Part shown: piece by piece, positions 9,122-17,618 of the stretch
Layout of the letters: every line of letters begins with the position of its first letter
Numbering within the stretch: the stretch's first letter is position 1
Origin: an uncultured Myxococcales bacterium
GTDB lineage: Bacteria; Myxococcota_A; UBA9042
Direction of reading: 5' to 3'
Assembly (NCBI GenBank): GCA_903919145.1
Contig: CAIXGW010000063.1
Location: forward strand, 8,253-72,252
Length of the DNA stretch: 64,000 bases
Position numbers and translations under genes: made by a program
The notes under the pieces: model-generated
The model's database searches: none
Seen by the model: the letters and a program-made list of their open reading frames with translations, nothing else
Told to the model about the DNA's origin: nothing

Positions 9122-10090
9122 TCAGACAGTCGCAAAGTCCTGAAACAGCACGCTGGACAGGTAGCGCTCGCCAGCGTCCGGCAGCACCGTGACAATGCGC
9201 TTGCCCTTGTTCTCTGGACGCGCCGCGACCACCAGCGCCGCCGCCATGGCCGCACCGCAGCTGATGCCCACGGTGATGCCTTCTTCGCGGTGCAGGCGCC
9301 GCGCGGTCGCCACGGCGGAGTCATTGCTGACCGTCACCACTTCGTCAACCAGGTCCAGGTCCAAGACATCCGGCTTGAACCCGGCGCCGATCCCCTGGAT
9401 CTTGTGCGGCCCCGGCTTGGGCACCTGACCGGCCTTGATGGCCGTCAGCACCGGCGAATCGGCAGGCTCTACCGCGATGATCTGGACCTTCTTTCCCTTG
9501 CTGTTGAGGTAGCGCGCCACCCCGGTGATGGTGCCGCCGGTGCCCACGCCAGCTACAAAAATGTCGATCTCGCCATCGGTGTCGTTCCAGATCTCCGGGC
9601 CGGTGGTGCGAAAGTGGATGTCGGGGTTGGCCGGATTCTTGAACTGCTGCGGCAGGAAGTAGCGGCTGGGGTCCGAGGCGACAATCTCCTCGGCCTTGGC
9701 AATGGCCCCGGGCATGCCGCGCGGACCTTCGGTCAGCACCAGCTCCGCGCCAAACGCCAGCAGCATGCGCCGCCGCTCGATCGACATGGTCTCTGGCATG
9801 GTCAGGATCAGCGGGTAGCCGCGCGCCGCAGCCACATACGCCAGCGCAATGCCGGTGTTGCCGCTGGTCGGCTCGACGATGGTGACATCCCGCGAGCCGG
9901 GCTTGAGGAGGCCGTCGCGCTCGGCGGCCCAGATCATCGCCGCGCCAATCCGGCACTTGACCGAGTAGGCCGGGTTGCGCCCCTCAATCTTGGCCACAAT
10001 TTCCGCGCCCAAGCCTGCCGAAATGCGATTCAACCGCACCAGGGGGGTGTTGCCGATGCTCAAGCTGTTGTCATCAAAAATTCGCGCCAT
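9122..10090 (-). CDS. cysK: Cysteine synthase A (O-acetylserine sulfhydrylase)
   Basis: 322 aa. The PLP-lysine region SVKCRIG, TSGNTG, GTGGT and the overall sequence match CysK closely. Confidence 0.9.
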   Translation of the reverse strand: MARIFDDNSLSIGNTPLVRLNRISAGLGAEIVAKIEGRNPAYSVKCRIGAAMIWAAERDGLLKPGSRDVTIVEPTSGNTGIALAYVAAARGYPLILTMPETMSIERRRMLLAFGAELVLTEGPRGMPGAIAKAEEIVASDPSRYFLPQQFKNPANPDIHFRTTGPEIWNDTDGEIDIFVAGVGTGGTITGVARYLNSKGKKVQIIAVEPADSPVLTAIKAGQVPKPGPHKIQGIGAGFKPDVLDLDLVDEVVTVSNDSAVATARRLHREEGITVGISCGAAMAAALVVAARPENKGKRIVTVLPDAGERYLSSVLFQDFATV

Positions 10091-10220
10091 GTCTGCCTCT
10101 CAGCCCCCATCAGGGGCGGGAATGTCTAGCCAAATCAACGCACCGCAAAGTACCACTTGAACGCAAAGCCTCCAAATTCGATCGGGGCTGCGACCAGACC
10201 GCCCGGCACCCTGGGCTGCC

Positions 10221-10360
10221 CAGTGCCTCAAACCCCAAGTTTGTTCCGGGTTCCGGAACGGACCCGGTTTGGGGTACGGAAGAAGACCCAGCAGTAGGAC
10301 CCAAAACCTGTGAACAAGAACCGGGGGCAACCCAGATCGAATGAGCGGTCTTGGGTACTA
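10221..10360 (+). mobile_element. MITE-like 140 bp dispersed element, copy 1, including flanking TA
   Basis: About 88% identical to the reverse complement of 32343-32482. The right terminus is GGGTAC-TA. The left terminus is degenerate (caGTGCCTC versus taGTACCCC). It contains the internal palindromes GTTCCGG/CCGGAAC and CCAAACCCC/GGGGTTTGG. The TA at 10359-10360 is part of the rrf2 stop codon. Confidence 0.7.
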
Positions 10361-10786
10361 GATCGAAAAATCCACCTTTCCAGCCCCAGAGTCTGCCCTG
10401 AGCGCCACGTCTTCCAGCGTGGTGCGCTCCAAAATCGCCCGGATCGCCTGCGCCCACTCGCCACTCATGGCCCGCGCAGCGGCCATCCCATCGTCGCCCG
10501 TGGCCACCGGCTCTTCGCCGATCTGCAAAGGCCCGTCGGCGGCTTCCACCACCTCCAGCACCCGAATCGCCGCCAACGGCCGCGCCAGCAGGTGCCCGCC
10601 ATCCGGCCCGCGGCGGCTGTCGATCAGGCCGGCCAGGCGCAGATCCGCCAGCAGCGACTCCAGGACCTTGTGCGGCACAGCCAGGGCGGCGGCCACGTCC
10701 TGCAGCCGCACGCGGCCCCCAGGCGCTTGCCGACCGAGCAGCACCAAAGCGGCCAAAGCCTGTTCTGTTCGGTGAGAGATGCGCAC
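10358..10786 (-). CDS. Rrf2-family transcriptional regulator (IscR/CymR-like)
   Basis: 142 aa. MRISHRTEQALAALVLLG.. is a typical Rrf2 N-terminal HTH. It lies immediately upstream of cysK on the same strand. The stop TAG is shared with the MITE terminus. Confidence 0.8.
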   Translation of the reverse strand: MRISHRTEQALAALVLLGRQAPGGRVRLQDVAAALAVPHKVLESLLADLRLAGLIDSRRGPDGGHLLARPLAAIRVLEVVEAADGPLQIGEEPVATGDDGMAAARAMSGEWAQAIRAILERTTLEDVALRADSGAGKVDFSI

Positions 10787-10804
10787 TCAGAGCTCCTGGG
10801 ACCT

Positions 10805-10890
10805 GCGGCCACTGGCCACTGGCGACTGGCTGCTGGCTGCTGGCTGACTACTGACAGACTAGTGGCTACTGGCTGACCGACTGACTGCCG
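10805..10890. repeat. Degenerate CAGCCAG/CAGTCAG-type simple repeat upstream of rrf2
   Basis: ccactggccactggcgactggctgctggctgctggctgactactgacagactagtggctactggctgaccgactgactg. It is non-coding and lies directly 5' of the Rrf2 start. Confidence 0.6.
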
Positions 10891-11091
10891 ATGGGCACCC
10901 GCCCCCCGGCCAAAAGGCTTTGTCCGATAGCCTGCGGACAATGGAAAATAGTAGCCGCACCCCCGACCAATTGCAAGCCCGGCCTCACAACTCCAAGAAT
11001 CCGTTGACCGCGGCCCAAGGGGTATCCGCCGGCGCCAAATCGTGGTATCGGGGCGCAGCTTTGGTGGGCGGCCAGAGCCACTGGGGGCCCC

Positions 11092-12390
11092 ATGTCCGTG
11101 TCCGATCTAGTAGAGCTGTGGTCAGACCTCAGCCTGGATGCGCAACTGCAGTCGTTTCGCGCGCTGAGCCGCGACGATGCAGAGGTCTTCTTCTCGTCCA
11201 TCGACTCCCGCGCCGCCGCCAACCTGCTGCTGTGTCTGCCGCCCACCGAGCGGCGGACCTGGATGCGCCTGCTTGCCCCAGATGACGCGGCCGACCTTCT
11301 CCAAGAAGTCTCGCACGAAGAGCGGGTCAGCCTGCTTGGCCTCCTGGATGAAGTAAACCGCAAGGAAGTGGCGGTATTGCTTGCCTACGCCGAAGACGAC
11401 GCCGGCGGCCTGATGTCCACCCGTTTTGCCCGGCTGCGCCCAGAGCTGCGCGTCGACGAAGCGCTGCTGTACCTGCGCCGCCAAGCCAAAGAGCACCTGG
11501 AGACGATCTACTACGTGTACGTGACCGATCAAGAGCAGCACCTGCTCGGCGCGGTTTCGCTGCGGCAGCTGTTCCAGGCGCCTGCCCAGGCCACCGTGCG
11601 CGAGGTCATGCAGCCAGCGGTGGTCTCGGTCAGAGAAGACAGCGACCAGGAGGCGGTCTCTAGGCTGTTCCGCCACTACAGCTTCCTGGCCATTCCGGTG
11701 GTGGATGCCGAAGGCCACATCAAGGGCATTGTCACCATGGACGACATCGTCGACGTGGTGGACGAAGAAGCCACGGAAGACGCCCAGAAGTTCGGCGGCA
11801 TGGAGGCCCTGGACCAGCCCTATCTCGACACCGGCTTTGGCCAGATGTTCAAGAAGCGCGCCGGCTGGCTGGCGGTGCTGTTCATCGGCGAGATGTTCAC
11901 TGCCAGCGCGATGGGCCACTTTGAAGACGAAATCGCCAAGGCCGTGGTGCTGACCCTGTTTGTACCGCTGATCATCAGCTCAGGCGGCAACTCTGGCTCT
12001 CAAGCCTCGACATTGGTGATTCGCGCCATGGCCTTGGGCGAGCTGCGGCTGCGCGACGCCCTGCGCGTGGCCAAGGGCGAATTGGTGACGGGCCTGGCTC
12101 TGGGGCTGGTTCTGGGCACCCTTGGGCTTCTTCGCGTAACATTGTCGGATGTTTTCTTTGGGGGTTATGGCGACCATGCTCTGAGGATCGGCATGGCCGT
12201 TGGGATCTCTCTGGTTGGCGTGGTGATGTTCGGAACGCTTGCAGGTTCCATGCTTCCACTACTTCTGGGCCGCATGGGCTTTGACCCGGCCAGCGCCTCA
12301 GCGCCCTTTGTGGCCACGTTGGTCGACGTAACAGGCCTTGTCATCTACTTCTCAGTTGCAAGTGCGCTCCTTGGTGGCACTCTACTGTGA
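11092..12390 (+). CDS. mgtE: Magnesium transporter MgtE
   Basis: 432 aa. N-terminal MgtE_N domain, tandem CBS domains, and a C-terminal 5-TM domain with the GGNSGSQ motif. Confidence 0.9.
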   Translation: MSVSDLVELWSDLSLDAQLQSFRALSRDDAEVFFSSIDSRAAANLLLCLPPTERRTWMRLLAPDDAADLLQEVSHEERVSLLGLLDEVNRKEVAVLLAYAEDDAGGLMSTRFARLRPELRVDEALLYLRRQAKEHLETIYYVYVTDQEQHLLGAVSLRQLFQAPAQATVREVMQPAVVSVREDSDQEAVSRLFRHYSFLAIPVVDAEGHIKGIVTMDDIVDVVDEEATEDAQKFGGMEALDQPYLDTGFGQMFKKRAGWLAVLFIGEMFTASAMGHFEDEIAKAVVLTLFVPLIISSGGNSGSQASTLVIRAMALGELRLRDALRVAKGELVTGLALGLVLGTLGLLRVTLSDVFFGGYGDHALRIGMAVGISLVGVVMFGTLAGSMLPLLLGRMGFDPASASAPFVATLVDVTGLVIYFSVASALLGGTLL

Positions 12391-12496
12391 AGTAAGGACT
12401 GACGCGGTGCCTTGAAGCTGTACACGCTATCCCTGGGGTGGGCGATCGCGTGCACATTGCATTCCAGTCAAGACCGGCTCGCCAGGAGTGGAGAAC

Positions 12497-12799
12497 GTGC
12501 ACAACATTCAGTTGCCATTGACAGACAACCACTTGTCGGACCTCTCAGCCCGACTTCGAATCCTGGGCGACCCGGTTCGCCCGCGCCTGCTGCACCGCTT
12601 GGCGATCAGCCCGTGCGGCGTCACCGAATTGAGCCGCCACGTCAGCTCCACCCAACCCAACGTCAGCAAACACCTCAAAGTACTGCTGACCCAGGGCACG
12701 GTCGACCGCACCCAAGTGCGCAACACCGCCGTCTACAGCCTCATCGACAAGCGGGTGGACTGCGTCTGGCGCATGCTGGACCAGCCCAAAGAGGGCTAG
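12497..12799 (+). CDS. ArsR/SmtB-family transcriptional regulator
   Basis: LGDPVRPRLLHRL..CGVTEL..TQPNVSKHLKVL HTH signature. The preferred start is the GTG at 12497, 8 nt after AGGAG. An alternative GTG is at 12488. Confidence 0.8.
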   Translation: MHNIQLPLTDNHLSDLSARLRILGDPVRPRLLHRLAISPCGVTELSRHVSSTQPNVSKHLKVLLTQGTVDRTQVRNTAVYSLIDKRVDCVWRMLDQPKEG

Positions 12800-12830
12800 C
12801 CCGCCAAGCCCGCAGCCCCAACTGTAGCCA

Positions 12831-14216
12831 TTGCATCGCCCTTGGGCCGTTCCGTTGGCCTGCCTGCCGCAGAGCCGCTACAATGCAGCTGCGCTCCGCT
12901 CGGTGCCGCACGGAATCCCAATGCCCACAGACCCAGAGCTTCAGGCCACCGCCCAGACCGCGGGCCAGCGCCCCGCCGCGCCAGCGCCACAGCCTGATGC
13001 AAACCCCGAGACACAGCGGAGATTGTCAGAGCGAGCCCTCGTCTTTGTCGTCGGCGCAGTGCAATTTGCCAATATCCTTGATTTCATGATGGTCATGCCC
13101 CTGGGCCCCGACTTCTCCAAGGCCCTGGGCATCCCCATGTCGCAGATTGGCCTCATTGGCGCGGTCTACACCGCCTCGGCCGCCGTAGCTGGCTTGGCTG
13201 GGATGTGGTGGCTGGAGCGCTTCGACCGCCGCACCGCCCTGGCCCTGTCGATGGTCGGCCTTGGGGTCGGCACGCTGCTTGGCGCCTTTGCCACCGGCCT
13301 GACGTCGCTGGTCCTGGCGCGGGCCCTGGCCGGGTTCTGGGGCGGTCCCGCCACCTCGCTGTCGATGTCGATCATCGCCGACGTCGTGCCGGTCGAGCGG
13401 CGTGGCCGGGCCATGGGCGCCGTCATGGGCGCCTTTGCCGCCGCCTCTGTGCTGGGAGTGCCGGCGGGCCTGGAGCTCTCTCGCCGCGGCGGCTGGCAGC
13501 TGCCGTTTCAAGCTGTGGCAGCCCTGGTTTTTGCTCTTGCTGCGGCAGCCTGGTGGGGCCTGCCCAAGCTGCGTGGGCACCTGGATCACGACACCGCCAA
13601 GGTCGACCCGCTCAGCCTGTTGCGCCGCACCAAGCCACAGATGGCCTTGCTGGCCACCGCCCTGCTGATGGCTTCTTCCTTCGCCTTGGTCCCCAACATC
13701 GCCTCCTACGTGCAAAGCAACCTGGGCTACCCAAGAGAGCACCTGGGAGGCCTGTACCTGTTGGGCGGCGTCGTCAGCTTCTTTGCCACCCGCATCGCCG
13801 GTCGCGCCGCCGACCGCTTCGGCATCGCCCTGGTGTCCAGCGTGGGCGCCATCCTAGTGGTCGCGGTCACCGCCGCTGGATTCCTTGGGGATCAGGCGCT
13901 CATCTCGGTGCCCCTGCTATTTGCCACGCTGTTTCTGGCCATGGGCATGCGCAACGTGCCCTACAACACCTTGATGACGCTGGTGCCAGGTCACCAAGAG
14001 CGCGCCACCTTCATGTCGCTGCAGTCCGCCATGCAGCACCTGGCCGCAGCGGCAGGAGCATTCGCGTCGTCGCGAATCCTGGTGGTGCTGCCCAACCAGC
14101 GCCTGGCCGGCATGAACAAGGTCGCGGCGCTGTCGATTGGCCTGACTGCGCTGGGCCTGCCCGTGCTGTGGTGGCTGAGCCGCCACGTCAGCCCGCGCCG
14201 CGCAGCTGCCCGGTAG
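12831..14216 (+). CDS. MFS transporter
   Basis: 12 predicted TM helices, and an MFS motif-like GRAADRFG in loop 8-9. An alternative start is at 12921 (MPTDPELQ). It is paired with the upstream ArsR regulator. Confidence 0.75.
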   Translation: MHRPWAVPLACLPQSRYNAAALRSVPHGIPMPTDPELQATAQTAGQRPAAPAPQPDANPETQRRLSERALVFVVGAVQFANILDFMMVMPLGPDFSKALGIPMSQIGLIGAVYTASAAVAGLAGMWWLERFDRRTALALSMVGLGVGTLLGAFATGLTSLVLARALAGFWGGPATSLSMSIIADVVPVERRGRAMGAVMGAFAAASVLGVPAGLELSRRGGWQLPFQAVAALVFALAAAAWWGLPKLRGHLDHDTAKVDPLSLLRRTKPQMALLATALLMASSFALVPNIASYVQSNLGYPREHLGGLYLLGGVVSFFATRIAGRAADRFGIALVSSVGAILVVAVTAAGFLGDQALISVPLLFATLFLAMGMRNVPYNTLMTLVPGHQERATFMSLQSAMQHLAAAAGAFASSRILVVLPNQRLAGMNKVAALSIGLTALGLPVLWWLSRHVSPRRAAAR

Positions 14217-14335
14217 GGCGCCGACTCCAGCCCCTGGGTCGACTGGTGGCCCCGCGGGGACGCCGCTCCGCCGAGCCAAGTGACCCGGTCAGCAGCAAGG
14301 AATTGCGCCCACCGACCCTGGGCAGGTTCCCGCCC

Positions 14336-15787
14336 TCAATCGTCCAGCAGCACCACGTCTACCGCCTGACTGCGCGCTGGGTGCCAGTGCAGCAATTCTC
14401 CGTGCTTATCGCGAATACGCAGGAAGGTGTACTGCACCCGCTCGCGCGGCAGCAGCACGTCGTGGGTAAACACGGCGATCCAGGTGCCAGTGTTGAAGTA
14501 CCACCCGCGCTTGAGGGGCTGGACCAGGCGCTGCACCGTCTCATCGTGGGTGTGGCCAAAGGTCACCAAGGGCACCTGCAGTAATTCGGCAATCTTTGCG
14601 GCCGCCTTGGGCAGGGGGTTGGGCTCCTGCGGCGGCCCATCTCGCAGCAGCAGCAGAGTCCCGCCTACCGTCAAGCTGCTGAAGAACAGAAGGTTCAGCG
14701 CCATAAACCACAGCGACTTGGAGGCAGACCCCATGCTGGCCTGCTGAATCACGTCAAACCCCAAGAACCACAGGCCAATGACCGCCAGCACCCCCAGCAG
14801 AGACAGGCCCAACACCCGCAGCAAGTTGCGCGCTAGCGACTCGACGGCTGCCACCACGTCGCCGCGCAGCTCCTTGAGCGAATCAATTTGCAAAAGCCGT
14901 TCTTGGAGCCCGGAGTCCTCCGCCAGCCTATGCAGCTCGGCGGCATGGACCTGGGGCAGCGCGGTGGGCGGCTGCAGCTTCTTCAAGGTCAATCGGCGCA
15001 ACCATTTGAATGCAAACGGCAGCTGACTAGTGGCCGCGTGGATCAGGACCGCCGGATTGTTCAGCAGCAGCCAGCGCCCGTAGCGGAAATTGGCCCGCGA
15101 AGACGGGACCATAAACGTGATCGGCCCAAAGCCATTGTACAGATAGCGCTGAAAGAAATTGCCAAGCGGCTGGTCGAGCTCTGTGTCGTCGGCGGCCTCT
15201 TCGGCCAGGTTGCTGCGCAGATACCAGCGAAAGGCGTTTTCGGGGTCGTACTGGCAGCCGTGCTCGATCCACACCCGCCCAGCCTCGTGGTAGAACCAGG
15301 GACGAAACTCCAGCAGATCCGCAATGATCTGATCGGGCTTCTTGCCCATGTGGACCAATTCCTCGGCCAGCACCCGGCGCAGCACCGCCTGGACCTCTGG
15401 CCACTGCAGCTCTACATCGTGGTTGCCCGGCAGGAACAACACCGGCAAGCCGGCGGACAGCGCCAACGCCAGCCCCTGCACAAAGGTCGGATGGCCGGCC
15501 AGGATATTCTCCAGGATTCGCGCAGCGATGGCCGGGGTCAGGTAGGCCGGCGCCCGCCCTTCGACACCGCCCTCTGGCTCCGGCTCTACCCGCAGAAGGT
15601 CAAAGGTGTCGCCGTTGAAGATAATCTGCGGCTTTGGCTGGTCGGGGGTGGCACTGCTGGCCAGCCACTCGATGAAGTTGACAAAGTCCTTGTCGTAGAA
15701 GAACGCTTCAAGGGCCCAATAGCGCCCCGTGTCAAGGTTTTTTCCTCTTCCCAAGTGGAAGTCAGACAGGACAATCAGATCGCGCAT
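14336..15787 (-). CDS. Calcineurin-like metallophosphoesterase with a central TM segment
   Basis: DFHLG, GDTFD, GNHD and GHTH motifs. ATG at 15785-15787 (MRDLIVLSDFHLG). The track's start at 15844 is a TTG. Confidence 0.75.
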   Translation of the reverse strand: MRDLIVLSDFHLGRGKNLDTGRYWALEAFFYDKDFVNFIEWLASSATPDQPKPQIIFNGDTFDLLRVEPEPEGGVEGRAPAYLTPAIAARILENILAGHPTFVQGLALALSAGLPVLFLPGNHDVELQWPEVQAVLRRVLAEELVHMGKKPDQIIADLLEFRPWFYHEAGRVWIEHGCQYDPENAFRWYLRSNLAEEAADDTELDQPLGNFFQRYLYNGFGPITFMVPSSRANFRYGRWLLLNNPAVLIHAATSQLPFAFKWLRRLTLKKLQPPTALPQVHAAELHRLAEDSGLQERLLQIDSLKELRGDVVAAVESLARNLLRVLGLSLLGVLAVIGLWFLGFDVIQQASMGSASKSLWFMALNLLFFSSLTVGGTLLLLRDGPPQEPNPLPKAAAKIAELLQVPLVTFGHTHDETVQRLVQPLKRGWYFNTGTWIAVFTHDVLLPRERVQYTFLRIRDKHGELLHWHPARSQAVDVVLLDD

Positions 15788-16086
15788 GCCGCCGCTTTCC
15801 CAGACTGGGTTGCCCGCCACAGCCGCGGGCAGGGTCAGCACCAATGCTGCGCCACCTCTGCGACAACATGGGCCAATCAGGCTACGCTGGCTCTACCCAA
15901 TCGTCAATGCGCGCGCTGCCCAGCCCAGACCGTGTCAGCCGCGGGCCGTTGGGAAAGACCGCAAGATGACTGGCCGCCCGCCCACCGCGCCGCGATGACC
16001 CGCCACAGCTTGACGACACCGACTGCCGCTGTGTAACGTGCCCCAGCGGTCATGTCCGGCCGCTTCCTTGCCGAAACACCTAAGAA

Positions 16087-16647
16087 ATGTCTCATCTTGC
16101 ATCACGCCGGCGGCTTGTTGTGCGCCGACCCTTGTCGACCCAGGCCCGTGGCACCACAAGGTGGCCACTGCTGCTGCTTGGCGCGCTGGGTCTGGGCTGT
16201 ACGCTCGAGAATCCCCAGCAGTCCTGGGCACCTGTGCAGCGCTCATCTTTTGAGTGCGCCGTGCAGCCCATTCTGGCCAAAGAGTGCTCGATGCCAGCCT
16301 GCCATGGCAACACTGCCAGGCGCCTGCAGGTTTTGGCTCCTGGTCGCATGCGCATCGCCGCCGAGATGGTCAAGGCCCTGGCCAGCCAGCCCCCAGAGGA
16401 CCGCCAAGCCGGCTACCACCCGCAGCTGACGGCGGCCGAGATCGACTTCAATTTTGCTCAAGCACGGAGCATGGTTGTGCCTGGCCAGCCGGTGGCCGAC
16501 AGCCCCCTTCTCAACCGCCCCCTCGCCGTCAGCGCTGGCGGCATGTACCACGCGGCCGGCGGCGACATCTTCACCAGCGCCATGGACCTGGACTATGTGA
16601 CGCTGCAGGTATGGCTCGAAGGGGCAGGGCCGGAGATGTGCAAATGA
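16087..16647 (+). CDS. Lipoprotein with a PSCyt1-like motif (..VQPILAKECSMPACHG..)
   Basis: Signal peptide with lipobox LGLGC. F..C..P.L...C....CHG resembles the planctomycete-cytochrome-type domain, but the spacing is C-x4-CH rather than the canonical CXXCH, so heme binding is unproven. Confidence 0.5.
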   Translation: MSHLASRRRLVVRRPLSTQARGTTRWPLLLLGALGLGCTLENPQQSWAPVQRSSFECAVQPILAKECSMPACHGNTARRLQVLAPGRMRIAAEMVKALASQPPEDRQAGYHPQLTAAEIDFNFAQARSMVVPGQPVADSPLLNRPLAVSAGGMYHAAGGDIFTSAMDLDYVTLQVWLEGAGPEMCK

Positions 16648-17618
16648 AGGCTCGCCGCGCGCTGCAACGTGGGTCGGCGAACCCGCGGCCCATGGCGGGT
16701 CACCAGGCCAAGCTGCTGGTATTGCTGGCCGCCGCCCCCTGGCTGTGCGGCTTCTCTTCGGTGTCGATGTTTGAGGCGGCGGCCGACCACGGCGGCGGAG
16801 GCGGCTATACTTTTGTTGGATCGCCCACTTCTCATGACCTGGACTGCACCAGCTGCCACCAGGGCAGCACCGCTGGCGGCCAACTGGCGCTGGCCAGCGA
16901 CCCACCGGGCTTGTTTGAGCGCGGCTTTGTACCGGGCACCACCTACGCCATCTTGGTGCGCCTGGTCGCCGAAGTCCGCGGCCTGGACCGCAACGGCACC
17001 TGCCAGCCCGACGCAGGCGGCTGCAACCGCAACGGGTTCGTCGCTGAGTTCTTGGGAGGCAACCACCAGCCCGCAGGTCAGCTGTGCAGCGATACCGGGC
17101 AGCTGAGCGAACAGGGCTGCGACAGCGACTCGGGCGCTGAGACCACGCTGTTCACCGGCGGCCGGGCCGTCAGCGGGGTGTCGCTGCAGCAACCTCAGGC
17201 CTGTGGCGGCAACTTGACCAGCGATTGCATAGATATTCAAGCATTGATCCAGGCTGGAAAGACCCAAGACGAAATTAATCAGCTGCTTCTTGCTAGTGTA
17301 AAAGGCCGGACATCCTGGCATTTTTTGTGGAAAGCTCCCCTGACCACCACCGCTGTGGCCTTTCACCTCGGCGCGGTGGACGGCGACGGCGGCACCCAGG
17401 TCACCCCAGAGCACAACGACTACTTTGGCGACGCCACCTATTCTGTTCACCGCACGCTGTACCCCGAAGGGATGGCCCCAGCCGACCAGCAGGCCGCTTG
17501 CGGCGCCTCGCCCGTGGGCAGCCCCAGCAGCGCCCACGCCGGGGCCCTTCTCGCCGCCGCCACTGCCTGGCTGGCGCGCATCTTCCGCCGTCGCTCGCGC
17601 CAGGAGGCCAACCCATGA
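16644..17618 (+). CDS. Secreted CXXCH (putative heme c) protein with a MYXO-CTERM-like C-terminus
   Basis: ATGA overlap with the upstream gene and GGAG 8 nt upstream. Signal peptide. One CTSCH heme motif. The C-terminus runs ..ACGASPVGSPSSAHAGALLAAATAWLARIFRRRSRQ: Cys, then a small-residue stretch, then a hydrophobic helix, then Arg-rich. Confidence 0.6.
   Translation: MKARRALQRGSANPRPMAGHQAKLLVLLAAAPWLCGFSSVSMFEAAADHGGGGGYTFVGSPTSHDLDCTSCHQGSTAGGQLALASDPPGLFERGFVPGTTYAILVRLVAEVRGLDRNGTCQPDAGGCNRNGFVAEFLGGNHQPAGQLCSDTGQLSEQGCDSDSGAETTLFTGGRAVSGVSLQQPQACGGNLTSDCIDIQALIQAGKTQDEINQLLLASVKGRTSWHFLWKAPLTTTAVAFHLGAVDGDGGTQVTPEHNDYFGDATYSVHRTLYPEGMAPADQQAACGASPVGSPSSAHAGALLAAATAWLARIFRRRSRQEANP

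Noticed and set aside
10900-11091. Mg2+ riboswitch (M-box) in the mgtE leader
   Set aside because: I could not recognise the conserved M-box helices or sequence blocks by eye. It remains unsupported without an Infernal scan.
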